Notes: a model not told the origin generated them from the letters alone. 64,000 nt of DNA from Azolla caroliniana (GCA_043228905.1 JBHGNT010000014.1:3224001-3288000), one strand, 5' to 3'. Positions 11,771 to 24,962 are shown, numbered from the stretch's first letter. Program-made: numbers and translations.

Positions 11771-12029
11771 AAGTGAGTCTCTGTTGGCGAAGATCGTTGG
11801 CACGAGGTCGTTGCCTCTGTGTTTACCTGTTGTATTCCTCTCTGATATAGTGATAGTTGGAGTTTGTGGGCTCCCATGGTTTTTCCCTCTCAGGGTTTTC
11901 CACGTTAATATCTTGTGCATTCTCTTCTGTTTGTATACTTACTTCCATTTCTCATCTTTCTGTGTTTGATTATCATTAAGTGATCTAAGTCTCGGTTGTG
12001 GCCAAAGATTATTCCACATATTCTCATCA
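7785..12029 (+). mobile_element. Tnt1/Tork-like Ty1/copia D, decayed; 5' LTR almost entirely deleted
   Basis: LTR stub ending at 7805, PBS-iMet 7809-7820, gag with CFYCGKSGHLQKNC, GAG-pre-INT LWHKRL, INT, RT LYVDDML, RH, PPT about 11438-11452, 3' LTR 11455-12029. Confidence 0.93.
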
Positions 12030-14513
12030 TTATATGCATGGGGGCACCAATAAAAAGAGGGGAATCAGGTAAGGAAAAAAAAAAGGAAGAGAAAGTAAGA
12101 AATCAAATAATTTATCAAACAAAGAACCTAGCTCATTTGGGGAAGTGTCTTATCTCCCGGAGTTGAAGTCGAGGGTTTAAATCAAGAGTCGGTAAAGAAA
12201 CGTTTCATCTGTAAAGTTGGTAAAATGTTGTTTTCTTAATATAAATCATGTTCATATCATATACTCTTGTTTCTCAAATCATACATTGTCTCTAACTTTT
12301 ATCTATAATACTTGTCTCTCTCACACACATTACTTTTAACTCTTCTTCTTCCTATCCTTAATCTTTCTAACATCAACACAAAAACCTTATAAAATATATA
12401 GTCATCTTCCTTTAACCCTACTCCCTGCGACTTCGCCGCACAAACCTCAACTACCCCGACAAATTTGGTGAAGCCGACGTGAAAGTGGCGAGAAGGAAAA
12501 ATGGAAGAGCAAATTAGGTTGATATGTACGACGATAGAACGAATGATGCGGGAGCAAGGGATGATGGCCAGCATCAACAAAGTCGTCATCCCTTGCGCCC
12601 ATGATGGAAAATATTCTTACACGAGTAGGAATCTTCGAAGATATGAATTTAACAAGATTTCTGAAGGTTTACAATGAAGAAATGCTTAAACGTGGTGTCG
12701 ATGAAGCTGCAAAAATTAATAGGTTTAGTCGAGTCGCTGTGATTGGGCTACAACAAAGGATCTAGTAACTACATAGGGAGAATCAAACAAGCACGACTTT
12801 TGAAAGAGCATTATAGAATGAATACAACCTCAACGATATGTCAAGGATGACAAGGCGAGCTTTCCTAAATTGGATAGAGTCTGATAAAGTGTTTTGGAAG
12901 TGTTAAAAGAATTTTCAGAAAGATTTGAGCAATTAAATGTGAGGAATAGAAATATAATAATGCCAAATAAAATAATATTTTTTCTTCAAGCCACTAATAT
13001 TAAAGACGGGAAGGACTTGGGAATGCTTATGGAAGGTTTGAATAATCTGAGTGGACTTACCGAAGAATGGGAGGAGGTGAAAAGGGCGTGCACCCATTTC
13101 TGTAAAAGAAAGTTATGGTTTATGGAACTACCTGAGAGGAAGGGAGAAGAAACGGGGAACAACTCGGGGGAAAATAAAGTAGAAGAGTCACTCTTGCATG
13201 AATGGGCGAAACGCATGAAAGACTTGTCAATCAAAGTGACAAAGCTGGAATCGGGACAAAGCTCAACTTCGTCAAGGCAAGGAGGTGGAATGGTCCGAAC
13301 GTGTATGTGGTGTGACAATATCGACCATCAAAAGAAAGACTATCAAAAACATAGGGATGCTCTTAATCATGATAAAATCTATTATCAAGATGGTAAGATT
13401 CACTCGACAGAAACTCAACAACAACTTCAACTCAACTTCGGGGGAGGTGGAATGAAAAAGCTCATGGAAGATGTCGAGAGAGAAATAACTCAAGCAATAC
13501 AATCCGTGACAACGTTAGAGTTGCGTGTAGAAGACTCATATGGTGGATCTGGCTTTTGGCAATATGTGATGGATTATGCAAGAAAAGGGAAGGTTCGAGT
13601 GGATGAATTAAAAAGAGCAGGAGATGAAATACAGAAATTCACTGGATGGAATGATCCAATGGACGCACTATCAACATTCACCCAAGTGAATGCTCAAGGG
13701 GTACTAGTGGAAGAGATGCGAAAGAGAGCTGAGGAGACTAATCCAGCAAAGAAACATGAGACACGAGAACAAAAGAGAAGGGAGATGGAAAAGGGCATTC
13801 CTGCGACGAAGGAAGTTGATAGAGTAAAAGGGAAGACATGCCCATCTTTCAAGCTTGCTTCAAACATACAAACAACAACAGATATAAAAAAGTTACTCTA
13901 GAGAAACAAGAATATTAAATAGTAAGGTAGAATTTACTTTAAGAGAAGTGGTGGGTATAGAGAAGAAAGAATTTCATGAAGTTATCATAGATATTATTAT
14001 AAGAAAGAGACGGGTGAAGGAGGAAATTACGAGAGGTTGTGTAGCAACACTCCAAGATTTGTATGGTGACACCATCAATGCTGCAAGTGTAAAAAACAGA
14101 AATAATGTTGGGGTTCATGAAGTGGATAGTAATCACTATACAAGGGACCATTAGGCTCGATCAACAATGGCGGCGCCTACAAAAATTGGGGAGCAACAAA
14201 GTCCATGTATTGCTTTGATCGATCATGGATCCAAGATTAACATGATGTTGTCGGAATTTTATGCTCAAGGACGGTGGCTGATCGATAAGAGTTGCCACAG
14301 AGACTACGGAGGATCTATTCGGAGCATGCCCCAATATGAAGGTAACAATTGGGGATGTGTCGGTGAATCAGTATTTCTTTGTGCAATATCGATCAACCTA
14401 CCCCATCATCCTTGGTCAACCATACATCACCACAGTAAGGATGGAAACAAAGGTTCAGCTTTTGCGAGGATTAAGAGTCAAGATGGAAGGAAGTCGATCC
14501 AATTCTTAACCGT

Positions 14514-15423
14514 TGTCGTGAAGATTTTCGGCAATGGTGTGAAAATCAAATAAAACGTACGAAATCGAGCGTGATTCATATAAAACAATAATAGTGAAGA
14601 TACTAATTTAAATATTTTTAATATCTTAGTACAAAAAGATGGAGTTCTTCAAGAGCTTTCAAATGTGCTTTACCACATAAAAAACGGACATCTAAGTGGG
14701 AGTGAAGTATGAGAAGTAAGAAGAGAAAAATAAAATTGTGAGATATCCCACATACATAGGAAATAAGGATTTCACCATATATAAGGTAGAGCAAAAGCTA
14801 TTATCTTTGTGTCTATGTGTGGAGCATAGAGAGTTCAAGGTGGCTTGAACTAAACTATTGGATGAATGGGTGTGGCTTGGCTACTTGCAAAGGTTTTGGC
14901 CAACCAAAACCGGACCAGCAACGGAACCGGGACCCGGTGACCAATGGTAACCAGTGGCATCCGGCGAACCGGCGTCATCCGGCATCCAGCGACCGGATAG
15001 ATATATAAATAAATAAATGTATACATATATATATATACACAAGGAGTGCAAGTGTGGATTTGAACCTTGCACCTCCAAGTTAAGAAGTCTATAGGCTTAT
15101 CACTAAGCCAAGACATTTTCTTGAAATAATATTTTTATCATTGTAACTTTACATGTAAATTCTCATACATGAGAGCTAAAATGAGTGACGTGGTTATCAT
15201 GCACCACATGTAATACATGAGTGCCAAATGGCAAACATGCATTTTATGCATGTCTTGAACCCTCAAATGCATGAGGGCATCTATAAAAGAGGAGAGGAAA
15301 AAGATGAAAGCAATCTATCTTAATTCCTTTCTCGCTAAAGCTAGTGCAACTTCGAATCCTTCCGGTCCAGAACCCCGGCGGTTCCGCCTCACGATCCGTG
15401 CGTAGTGATGGATCTTCACGCCA
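14514..15423 (+). mobile_element. Solo LTR of the Trp-primed gypsy lineage, TSD CCGT
   Basis: TGTCGTGAAG...CTTCACGCCA with CCGT on both sides (14510-14513, 15424-15427). Host frame QFLTV|RPNH is restored on removal. The start resembles the LTR at 35419. Confidence 0.92.
15045..15115 (-). promoter_or_regulatory. tRNA-like A-box/B-box module in the solo LTR, antisense
   Basis: Minus strand reads TGGCTTAGTGATAAGCC (perfect D-like stem) ... GGAGGTGCAAGGTTCAAATCC. Confidence 0.72.
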
Positions 15424-15512
15424 CCGTGAGGCCCAACCACAAAAGAAATAAAGAATGATTGAGGGAATGTCCAGTTCGGGAGGTGGATGAAGATTTTTCT
15501 TAGTATTTTTAG

Positions 15513-18500
15513 ATAGGGCTTTTACAGGTAAGGGTTGTGATAGCCCGGACATGAAAGAAAACCCCATAAATAATAATGTAAATAAAGATATTCCTTGTAC
15601 AATCTCATCTAGTGGTGCTACTTTTATGCTAAAAGTAGATAATAATAAAATACAAAATGCTTCTAAGTACTTTAAGTGTTCTGGATTAATAGATGATGAT
15701 GAAGAAATTTAGGATATGTTTAAAGAATTAAATTTTGAAGATACAATATGAGGATGACAATGAAATCCAAGTTCTTGTCCATTCAATCAAGATGTACGAG
15801 GTCATTGAAGACGTTGCTCGAAAGGATCATGAGGCACATGTCCTGACAAAGTACAAGACAGTGGAGAAGAAGGTTCGTCCTATTACTGCTCCACTTCTAG
15901 GGGATAGTGAAAGGGCAATCAAAGAAGAAGCCACAAATCCAATGATCAGAGACCCACGAAATGTGGGACATGTGTTTACTCCGGAAACAATGGAAGGGAT
16001 GAAAATAGTACAGGGTGACTTGCTATTACCTACTGAAGAAAAGCAATTTAGGGAGATGTTAAAAAGGCATGGAAAATGAAAAGGCGTTTGTATTCCAACT
16101 TGAGGAAATAGGGTGTGTGGATCTAGAAATAGTGGAGCCCATGGTTATATTCACTATCCCTCATATTCCATGGAATTTTAAGCCAATACCCATGCCTAGG
16201 GCTAGAATCCCTCAACTATTAGAACTTCTAAAAGAAAAGATGAGAATGAGTATCTTGGAACCATCTAACGCTCCTTACTCGAGTCGATGGTTCACTGTGT
16301 TAAAGAAATATGGGCGACTCTGGTTTATCCAAGATATGCAACTTGTGAATAAGGTAACAATCCGAAACTCGGGAGTAGGGCCAATTGTGGATGAGTTTGC
16401 TGAGATGTTTGCAGATAGAGCTATATAGTTGGTCATATGTGTGGCCCGTATGGGAGAAAGTCATCCCCAACCAAGGTCAATGCAATTCAAAATATGCAAG
16501 AGGAATGTAAATCTGGATCTCAGAAGTACGAAGATTTCTGGGGGTATGTGTCTTTTACTACATGGATTCCGCATTATGCCCATTTATCTAAACCCTTATA
16601 TAGACTCCGAAGAAAAGGATAAACATTTGAATGGACTGAAGAACATTTAGAGGCAATGAGGAAACTGAAGTCCTACTTGGCACAAGATCCACCGTTAAAG
16701 CAACCTAACTACAGTTGTCCCGTATATCTCACAGTAGACTCCAATACCATCGGAATTGGATGGGTGATAAGCCAACAGGATGGGGAAGAAAGGTATCCAG
16801 TCTGATTCGAAGCAAAGGTTCTTAGTGGTCGACAAAGAAAATATGAACAAGTGAAAAGAGAGCTATGGGGGATAGTAACAATAGTTAAGACAGATATAGA
16901 TTACTTAATTGGTGCTGAAGTAATAATAGAAACGAATTGTTTGCTGATTCTTGGTATCATAGCTAATTGTGATATTCGAGATCAAGCCATGTTAAGATGG
17001 TGCATCTATATTAGATCTGTCAACCCTGAAGTTTGACATATCTCTGTGATTAGAAATGCAGTAGCAAATATGTTATCAAGAGCAAGGTATAAGGAAGAGG
17101 AGATTCTAGACTTAGACGATGAGGACAAAGAACAAATAGTCCTTACCACAAGCATTAACCAGGAAGGAGGAATGCAATTTCTAGAAGAGGTGTGTGAAGA
17201 AGAATTCAAGGAAATAGAGAAATATCAGCAGACCCCTGACAAGTATAGAGGTTGTCAATCTAGAAAAGAATTTGCACAGTTTCGGAAGAAAGCCCATAAG
17301 TTCTTCCTGCATGAAGGATATTTATGGCGACACCCGAAAACCAAGGTGGGAAACCCACAAAGAGTAATAGGTTTTGAAGGGCAAAGAAAGGACATAATGA
17401 GAGAGTTGCATGACAAAGAATGGGTTGGTCATAGAGGAGTGTGGGCCACTTTCAATAAGATTAAAGAACGGTTTTGGTGGCCTCAATACTATGAGGAAAT
17501 AAAAAAGTATGTGGAAACTTGTCCCACTTGTCAATATTATTCAAATGTAAAATTTTGTGATGAGTTACACCCAACATACTCACCGGAGGTGCATTACAAG
17601 TGGATGATAGATTTGGTAACAATGCAACTTGGAGTAGGACAAAAGAGATACTTTGTTCTTGCAAGAGAAGATCTAACGAATCAAGTGTTAGGACGTGCAC
17701 TGCGAACAAAAGGGACATTATGAGTATGTCAATTCATCTTGGAGGACATTGTTTGTAGATATGGATGTATTGGGAAGACAGTGGTAGATAGGGGAGAGCT
17801 CAATTCTATAGAAACTCAAGCTTTTTTCAACAAAATAGGGATTCGGCTTTCTTGGACAATGGCATACAATCTAGAAGCTAATGGAAAGATAGAAAGGGGA
17901 CATGGGCCAATATTCAAAGCTTTAGCAAAGGCATGTAAAGGAAGGGTCGGTGATTGGCTAAAAGTCTTACCCTATGCATTGTGGGTTGATAGGACAACTC
18001 ACAACACTGTTACCAGATATATGCCTGCAGAATTAATCACAGGACAGAAAGTCTTACCCTATTCTTGATTCTTGCCTCTTTGAATCTAGTGGCTACTTTT
18101 TCTATGTCTTTTGTCTTGGATTGAAGCTATTTGGATACAACAACTTCAATCCAGGACAAAAGACATAGAAAAAGTAGCTACTAGATTGAAAGAGGCAAGA
18201 ATCAAGAATAGGGACAGATTTGACAAGATAAAAAGAATACAACCAAGAAAGGTGCAAGGGGGAGACTGGGTATTAGTATATGATAGTAGCCTAGATAATC
18301 AATACAATACTATTCGAAAGTTCGCAAAAAGATGGTTTGGACCTTTTGAAGTTAGGACAATAACAGATAAGATCACATATTTCCTCAATAAATTGGATGG
18401 GATAGAAATTGGTATCCCAATTGCAGGAAAACGAATTAAAATATTTAAAAGGAGGGAGTCACTAGAGCCCGAATTTTATGAGGAAGGAGAAGAACTAAAG

Positions 18501-18551
18501 GAATTAGAAGAAGTGTTGGATGAACTCTGCACAACCAATACGCAAGTTTAG
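15513..18551 (+). pseudogene. pol: A2 pol (RT with internal deletion, RH, integrase without chromodomain)
   Basis: TKYKTVEKKVRP, WFTVLKK, KRELWGIV, HHCC motif ELHDKEWVGHRG...CPTCQ, NGKIERGH, KRWFGPFEV. Confidence 0.88.
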
Positions 18552-18619
18552 AGGGGGTGGGTGTTGTGAAGGATGTGCTTCACGAAGCCAAAATGAACTT
18601 AAATATTATATTCAATAAT

Positions 18620-18687
18620 ATTTTAGAGATTTGAACCTATAATCTCACACACCAAGTACAAAGTGCATACCACTAGACTAAGTTATT
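18620..18687 (-). promoter_or_regulatory. tRNA-like module in the A2 3' LTR, antisense
   Basis: Minus strand reads TAGTCTAGTGGTATGCAC...CTTGGTG...GGTTCAAATC. Confidence 0.72.
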
Positions 18688-19217
18688 TGTTTTTAAAATT
18701 ATATTTCCATGATTATACTTATCCCATGTCTATTTTCATACATGAAAGCTCAAATGGGCGAGATGTCTATCTGCATCACATGTAATGCATGAACGTCAAA
18801 TGGTGATCATGCATCACATGAATTGCATGCATGTCGTGTACCCTCACATGCATTATATGCATGGGGGAACCTATAAAAAGAGGGGAATGAAGTAAGGAAA
18901 AAAAAAGGAAGAGAAAGTAAGAAATCAAATAATTTATCAAACAAAGAACCTAGCTCATTTGGGGAAGTCTTGTCTCTCGGAGTTGAAGTCAAGGGTTCAA
19001 ATCAAGAGTCGGTAAAGAAAGGTTTCATCTTGCTTTCAAGCATTGTAAAGTTAGTAAAATGTTGTTTTCTTAATATAAATCATGTTCATCTCTAATACTC
19101 TTGTTTCTTAAATCATACATTGTCTCTATCTTTTATCTATACTCGTCTCTCTCACACACATTACTTTTAACTCTTCTTCTTCCTATCTTTAATCTTTCTA
19201 ACATCAACACACAAGCC

Positions 19218-19479
19218 TTATAAAATATACAGCCAACTTCCTTTAACCTTAGTCATCGCCGCACAAACCACAACTACCTTATGATACATGGGTCGAGCTC
19301 TTGACCATTCGACCATACATTGTAATACGTAGAATATTATTTTCATTTATAAAATATACAGCCAACTTCCTTTAACCTTAGTCGTCGCCGCACAAACCAC
19401 AACTACCTTATGATACATGGGTCGAGCTCTTGACCATTCGACCATACATTGTAATACGTAGAATATTATTTTCATTTAT
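19218..19479 (+). repeat. 129-bp tandem duplication spanning the A2 LTR / chromovirus LTR junction
   Basis: TTATAAAATATACAGCC... starts at both 19218 and 19347; near-identical copies with TTAT microhomology. Confidence 0.92.
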
Positions 19480-19776
19480 GTTTTATTATAGAAAATTGAT
19501 GTGTATTCCATATTTCTCTGGAACATTCTAGAAACTTCAGGAGTACTCCTAAGAACACTATAAAACGAGGCACAAGGCATTATTTTGAACCAAATCGGTT
19601 CAACACCGGTCTTAAGCCTCCTAGCTACTATTGTATACTCTCTTCACATAATATATATCATTTATCATCATTCTCTCTCACTCTTTCCTTCTCTCGAGAG
19701 TTCTACATCTCTCTTAGTACTAATCCTCATCTTTTAGTTCTAATTCCTTCTCTGTCTTAGTACTGATCTTGACAAT

Positions 19777-19788
19777 TTGAACCTATTT
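19777..19788 (+). promoter_or_regulatory. Self-priming PBS (Tf1/Tcn1 type)
   Basis: TTGAACCTATTT pairs at 11/12 positions with AAATCGGTTCAA (19592-19603), which starts 33 nt after the TATAAAA at 19559. No TGG-initiated tRNA PBS is present. Confidence 0.75.
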
Positions 19789-22700
19789 TTCTCCTCTTCT
19801 GTCTCCCTCCCTTCATACTAATCTCTTATTCCTCTTTCCTCTCATCCCATGGCCATTGTTAGCACTCAAGAATATCAATCTATTTTCTCGGAGTTGCAAT
19901 GCTTGAAAGAGAAGTTCCTTGCTTTGGAACAAGAAAATCAATGGTTGTTGGGGGATCTTCAATAAATATCCTTAGAAAAGCAGCAAACGCAACAACAACA
20001 TGGGGAACTTGTGTTACGCGTGCAGCAACTCGAAGCAACCATCGTAGCGATGCAACAACAAAGCCCCGAAACACAAGGGATTCATAAAGAACCCAAGATC
20101 GGCCTTCCCATGAAATTCGATGAAATGTGATCGCAATTTAGAGGGTTCCTTAATCAGGTACGACTAGTTATTCAAATGCATCCTTCCCGATATCCCACCG
20201 ATGCATCACGAGTGGGTTTAGTAGGCACGTTGTTAAGTGGCTCAACGTTGGCATGGTTCGCTCCGCTGTTAGAAAAAGAATCTCCATTACTAAACAATTT
20301 TGAAGAGTTTATAAGTGAGTTTAAAGCCTGTTTCAGAGATACTAACAGCATAAGGACAGCAATCAACAAAATCCAATGACTACGTCAAGGCGATCGTCCA
20401 GCCTCCACATACGCTCTAGATTTTCGTCTACTCGCCTCTGATATCCCCTGGGATGATCAAGTGTTAATGGAGCAATTTCGCTATGGTCTACGTAACGATG
20501 TCAAAGATTTACTCTTGACCTTTCCCGAAGAACCAAGGTCATTAACAGAAGCAATCAGTCGCGCAGTGAGATGCGACAATCGCCTCTTCAAACGGCATTC
20601 GGAACGTCAGTTCCAAATGCTAAGGGCAAGATCTGAGCCTACCTACGCCTCAGTGGTAGCGAAACCTTTTCCGAGGGAGTCATATAATGCGCCTCCAGTA
20701 AGTACTCCAACTCCGATGGAAATTGACACCACACGTCATCGTGGACCGCTATTGGAAGAAGAAAAGCAACGACGCTGAGCAAACTGACTATGTCTTTATT
20801 GTGGTGGACCAGGGCATATCGCGGTAAACTATCCCCATAGGCCAAGAAGGCATGTAAACCAAATAGTTGCTAGTTCTAATTGTACTAAACCTGAGTCTAT
20901 TTCAGTACGGATATCTGATAGTCCTAATAGTACTAATATCCCAAATCTAGCGAACAAATTTGATGTCCTTAGTCAGTTATGAGAAGAGTTAAACGACTAA
21001 GTCCAGTCAAAATAGGAGCCGTTTGGTTGGACAGCCCTAGATCTGTGCAACCCATTAGTGGTTCCATTCCCTCTAAGCAAGTTATCAATGTGTTCGTAGC
21101 CCAAGTAACAGTTAGTACTAAAAGTACCCCTCCAGTACATGTCTTAGCACTTCTAGATTCCGGAGCTAATTCTTGCTTCATGGATAGGAACTTTTTCCCA
21201 AGCTCATCAATATCACTCAGAAAACTCCCATGTCCAGCCTCTATAGTAGTCATTGATGGTCGTCCCATTGCTTCCGGAAATATCATAGAAGAGTCAGAGC
21301 CCGTTAATATTCTCCTAGATAATCTAGCATGTGTAGTATCATTTAATATAATTAGCATCCCAGAACACCCCATTGTTTTAGGATTACCATGGTTCGAATT
21401 ACATAACCCAGACATAGATTGGAGAACAAGAGAAATCCGGTATCGAAAAGCCTGAGCTTCTACTCATGAGATTGCAACCATTTCGCTACATCAGTTGCGG
21501 GAAGAAGGACGCAAGGAAGAAATGTTTCTCTTTGCAATATCAGTAAAGCCCTCAGACACCATTAAAGAGGAGTCCACCGTTCAACTTCCAAAGAAGTTTC
21601 ATCATTATGCCGATGTGTTTGATAAAGTACAAGCCAATACGCTTCCTCACCATCGACCGTATGATTGCCCCATCGATTTACAACCCGGGAAAGAGCCACC
21701 ATGGGGACCGATCTACAATTTGTCACCAACCGAGCTAGAAGTCTTGCGAGCCTATATAGAGGAGAATTTGGAAAATGGTTTCATTCGGCATTCGAAATCT
21801 CCAGCTAGCGCACCCATTTTCTTCGTCAAGAAAAAGGATGGATCACTTCGTCTCGTTGTAGATTATCGTGGCTTGAATAAGGTTACAATCCGAAATAGTT
21901 ATGCACTTCCCCTTATCTCAAGCCTTTTAGAATGGATCAATGGTGCCAGGTTCTTCACGAAGATCGACTTACGGGGGACCACGTTTCGCACCAGATATGG
22001 GCACTTCGAGTATACGGTCATGCCGTTCGGCCTCATTAATGCGCCAGCAGTCTTCCAGCACATGGCAAATGATATATTCCGAGATCTCTTGGATGTTTTT
22101 TTTATCATCTATTTGGATGATCTACTGGTTTATTCGAAGACCCAAGAAGAGCATGATTCTCATGTATTGTTAGTACTAAAACGACTTCCAGAACATGGTC
22201 TTTATGCAAAGCTCGAAAAATGTAGTTTTGGGTGCAACCAAGTGGAATTTCCGGGCTATGTCATTTCCTCAGAAGGCATCTCCATGGACCCGGGTAAGGT
22301 CAAAACTGTGGTAGAGTGGCAGACTCCACATTCGGTGCGAGATGAGCAATGCTTTTTAGGCTTTGCCAATTTTTACCGGAAGTTCATATAGGATTACTCA
22401 AAGCTCGTTCTGCCTCTCACACAACTTACCAGGAAGGGACAATCGTTCATTTGGTCTGAAGAAGCGGACATGGCTTTCGAGAGTCTTAAAAAGGCATTTA
22501 CATCGGCTCCAATTCTAGCTCATGTCGATCCAGAAAAACCATTCATTATCGAAGCAAACTCATCGGATTTCGAATTGGGGAGCATTCTGTCACAATGGGG
22601 TAATGATGAGAAGCTACATCCTGTGGCTTTTCACTCACGCAAGTTTGACGCCGCTGAAATCAACTACGAAATTCATGATAAGGAACTATTGGCAATAGTG

Positions 22701-24537
22701 GACTCTTTTACATAATGGAGGCATTTTTTAGAGGGATCCTCTCATCAAGTCACCGTATTCAGTGACCACAAAAACCTTGCCTACTTTTAGGACGCTCGTG
22801 TGTTAAATCGACGTCAAGCTCGGTGGGCCCACTTCCTCACGCATTTTGACTTCAAAATTACATATTGTTCGGGGAAGCACCAAGGGAAGGCAAATGCATT
22901 ATCACAGTGTTCGTACCTAGCACCGCGTCCCGGCGAGCCAACTTTTGATAACCAAAAGCAAGTAATCTTGGGACCGACACGACTGCAAGCAACACAGGTC
23001 TTTGGCATGCCCATGGATTCCCATGTTATTGATACTATACATGAGGACTTGAAGACCGATGCTTTCGCCCAAGCCATTCTACCACAAATTGATCCCTCTC
23101 GAGCATCTTGTTCACAGTCGCAACCACCAAGTACGGACTATCGGCAATTCAAATACCATGATGGATTACTATTCTTTAATGAACTCTTGTATGTTCCTAA
23201 TGGTTCTTGCCGCCTTCGAATAGTCCAAAATTGTCATGACACATATACAGCTGGGCATTTTGGTAGTACTAAAACATTGGATTTAGTACAACAATCATTT
23301 TGGTGTATACGACAATTTGTCTAAGATTTTGTTCGGACTTGTGATACATGCTGCAGAGCGAAAATGCCAAGGCATCATCCATATGGTATATTAGAACCAT
23401 TACCAATTCCAAGCAAGTCATGGCAATCCATTGCTCTAGACTTCATCATAGATCTTCCAGTCTCTAAGGGGTTCAATGCGATTCTAACCATCGTAGATAG
23501 ATATACGAAGATGGCTCATTTCTTTCCATGTACTAAGGAAATCTCCAGTGAAGAAACCGCTAAAATTGTGATGCGTGAAGTATGTCGGCATCATGGCCTT
23601 CCCGATAGTATCATCAGCGACCGTGGACCCCAGTTCGTATCGAAATTCTGGAAGCACCTTTTTAAAATTCTCAAGGTCACTTGTAACCTCTCCTCCAGCT
23701 ACCACCCACAAACCGATGGCCAAGCAGAATGAACAAATCAAACGCTGGAGCAGTATCTTCGGTGCTTTCTAAGCTATCATCAGGATGACTGGGCAAATAT
23801 TCTCCACTTCGCTGAATTTGCCTATAATAACTCTATCCACGCATCGACTAAAGTTATGTCATTTTATGCTTATACGGGTGGTCACCCCCGGTGGTGTGTA
23901 TTTGAAACCCCAGAGTTGTCCACAAATCCTTGCGCAGAGGATCGTTTAGAGCGGTTACGCAAGATACAAGCCGATTTATCTACTCATCTCCAACAAGCTC
24001 AACAAACACACAAGGTTTACACGGATCGTCATCGACTTCCATCTAGTTTTAACATTGGAGATCGGGTAAGGCTACTACGACGACACATCAAGACTACTCG
24101 CCCATGCGAGAAGTTGGATTATCAGCTATTAGGTCCTTTCCTTATTATAGGAAAGATTAATGATGTCGCTTTCTGTCTCGATCTACCTCCACAACTTCGG
24201 ATACATCCGGTGTTTCATAGTTCTCTCCTTGAACCCTATCAAGAGAGCACCATCCCAGGACGTATTACACAGCCTCCACCCCCTGATTGAGCTTAAAGAT
24301 GGACCTGAGTATGAGGTTGCCGTCATCCTTGATTCCAAGATTGTTCGCAACAAGCTCTACTATCTAGTTGATTGGCTAGGATATAGTCCCAATGAGCATA
24401 CTTGGGAACCGATAAAGAATGTGACCAATGCTCATGCTCTTCTTGAAGACTTCCATCGTCAATATCCAGACAAACCAAGTCCTCAATCCAAAATGACTCG
24501 TGACACTCGTTGTTTTAAAGGGGGGATAGTGTCATGA

Positions 24538-24606
24538 TATGGCAAGACTCGAACCCATGACCTTATGCCACATGAGCCGAGCTCTTGACCATTAGACCAT
24601 ACATTG
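24538..24606 (-). promoter_or_regulatory. tRNA-like A-box/B-box module at the left end of the chromovirus LTR, antisense
   Basis: Minus strand reads TGGTCTAATGGTCAAGAGC...AAGGTCATGGGTTCGAGTC. Confidence 0.75.
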
Positions 24607-24962
24607 TAATACGTAAAATATTATTTTCATTTATCTTTTATTATAGAAAATTGATGTATATTCCAGATTTCTCTGGAACATTCTAGAAACTTCAGGAGTA
24701 CTCCTGAGAACACTATAAAAGGAGGCACAAGGCATTATTTCGAACCAAATCGGTTTAATGTCAGTCTTAAGCCTCCTAGCCACTGTTGTATACTCTCTTC
24801 ACATAATATATATCATTTATCATCATTCTCTCTCATCCTTTCTCTCTCTCTCTATCTCTCTCTCACTCTTTCCTTCTCTCGAGAGTTCTACATCTCTCTT
24901 AGTACTAATCCTCATCTTTTAGTACTAATTCCTTCTCTGTCTTAGTACTGATCCTGACAACA

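Larger units (their letters stand above)
12501..15512 (+). pseudogene. gag: A2 gag-protease, interrupted by a solo LTR
   Basis: CMWCDNIDHQKKD, ALIDHGSKIN, KSQDGRKSIQFLTV|RPNH. Confidence 0.85.
19405..24959 (+). mobile_element. Tcn1-like chromovirus (Ty3/gypsy), decayed full-length copy
   Basis: 5' LTR about 19405-19774 (first about 30 bp deleted), gag from 19849, PR ALLDSGA, RT IYLDDLL, RH, INT, chromodomain EYEVAVILDSK..YYLVDWLGY..TWEP, PPT AAAGGGGGGATAG, 3' LTR 24530-24959. Confidence 0.93.
7542..24962 (+). mobile_element. Full-length decayed Ty3/gypsy A2 (Trp-primed), carrying three nested insertions
   Basis: 5' LTR 7542-12461 (split by copia D), PBS 12466, PPT AGAGGGGGTGGG 18550-18561, 3' LTR 18562-19278 plus terminal ACA at 24960-24962. 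Flanks ACAT/ACTT. Removing the element restores the host frame PPGFKSS|THP. Confidence 0.88.

Noticed and set aside
1-12029. The window-start LTR and the copia D 3' LTR as two ends of one element
   Set aside because: They are related but clearly diverged. Each has its own PBS and gag, and D sits inside the A2 LTR.
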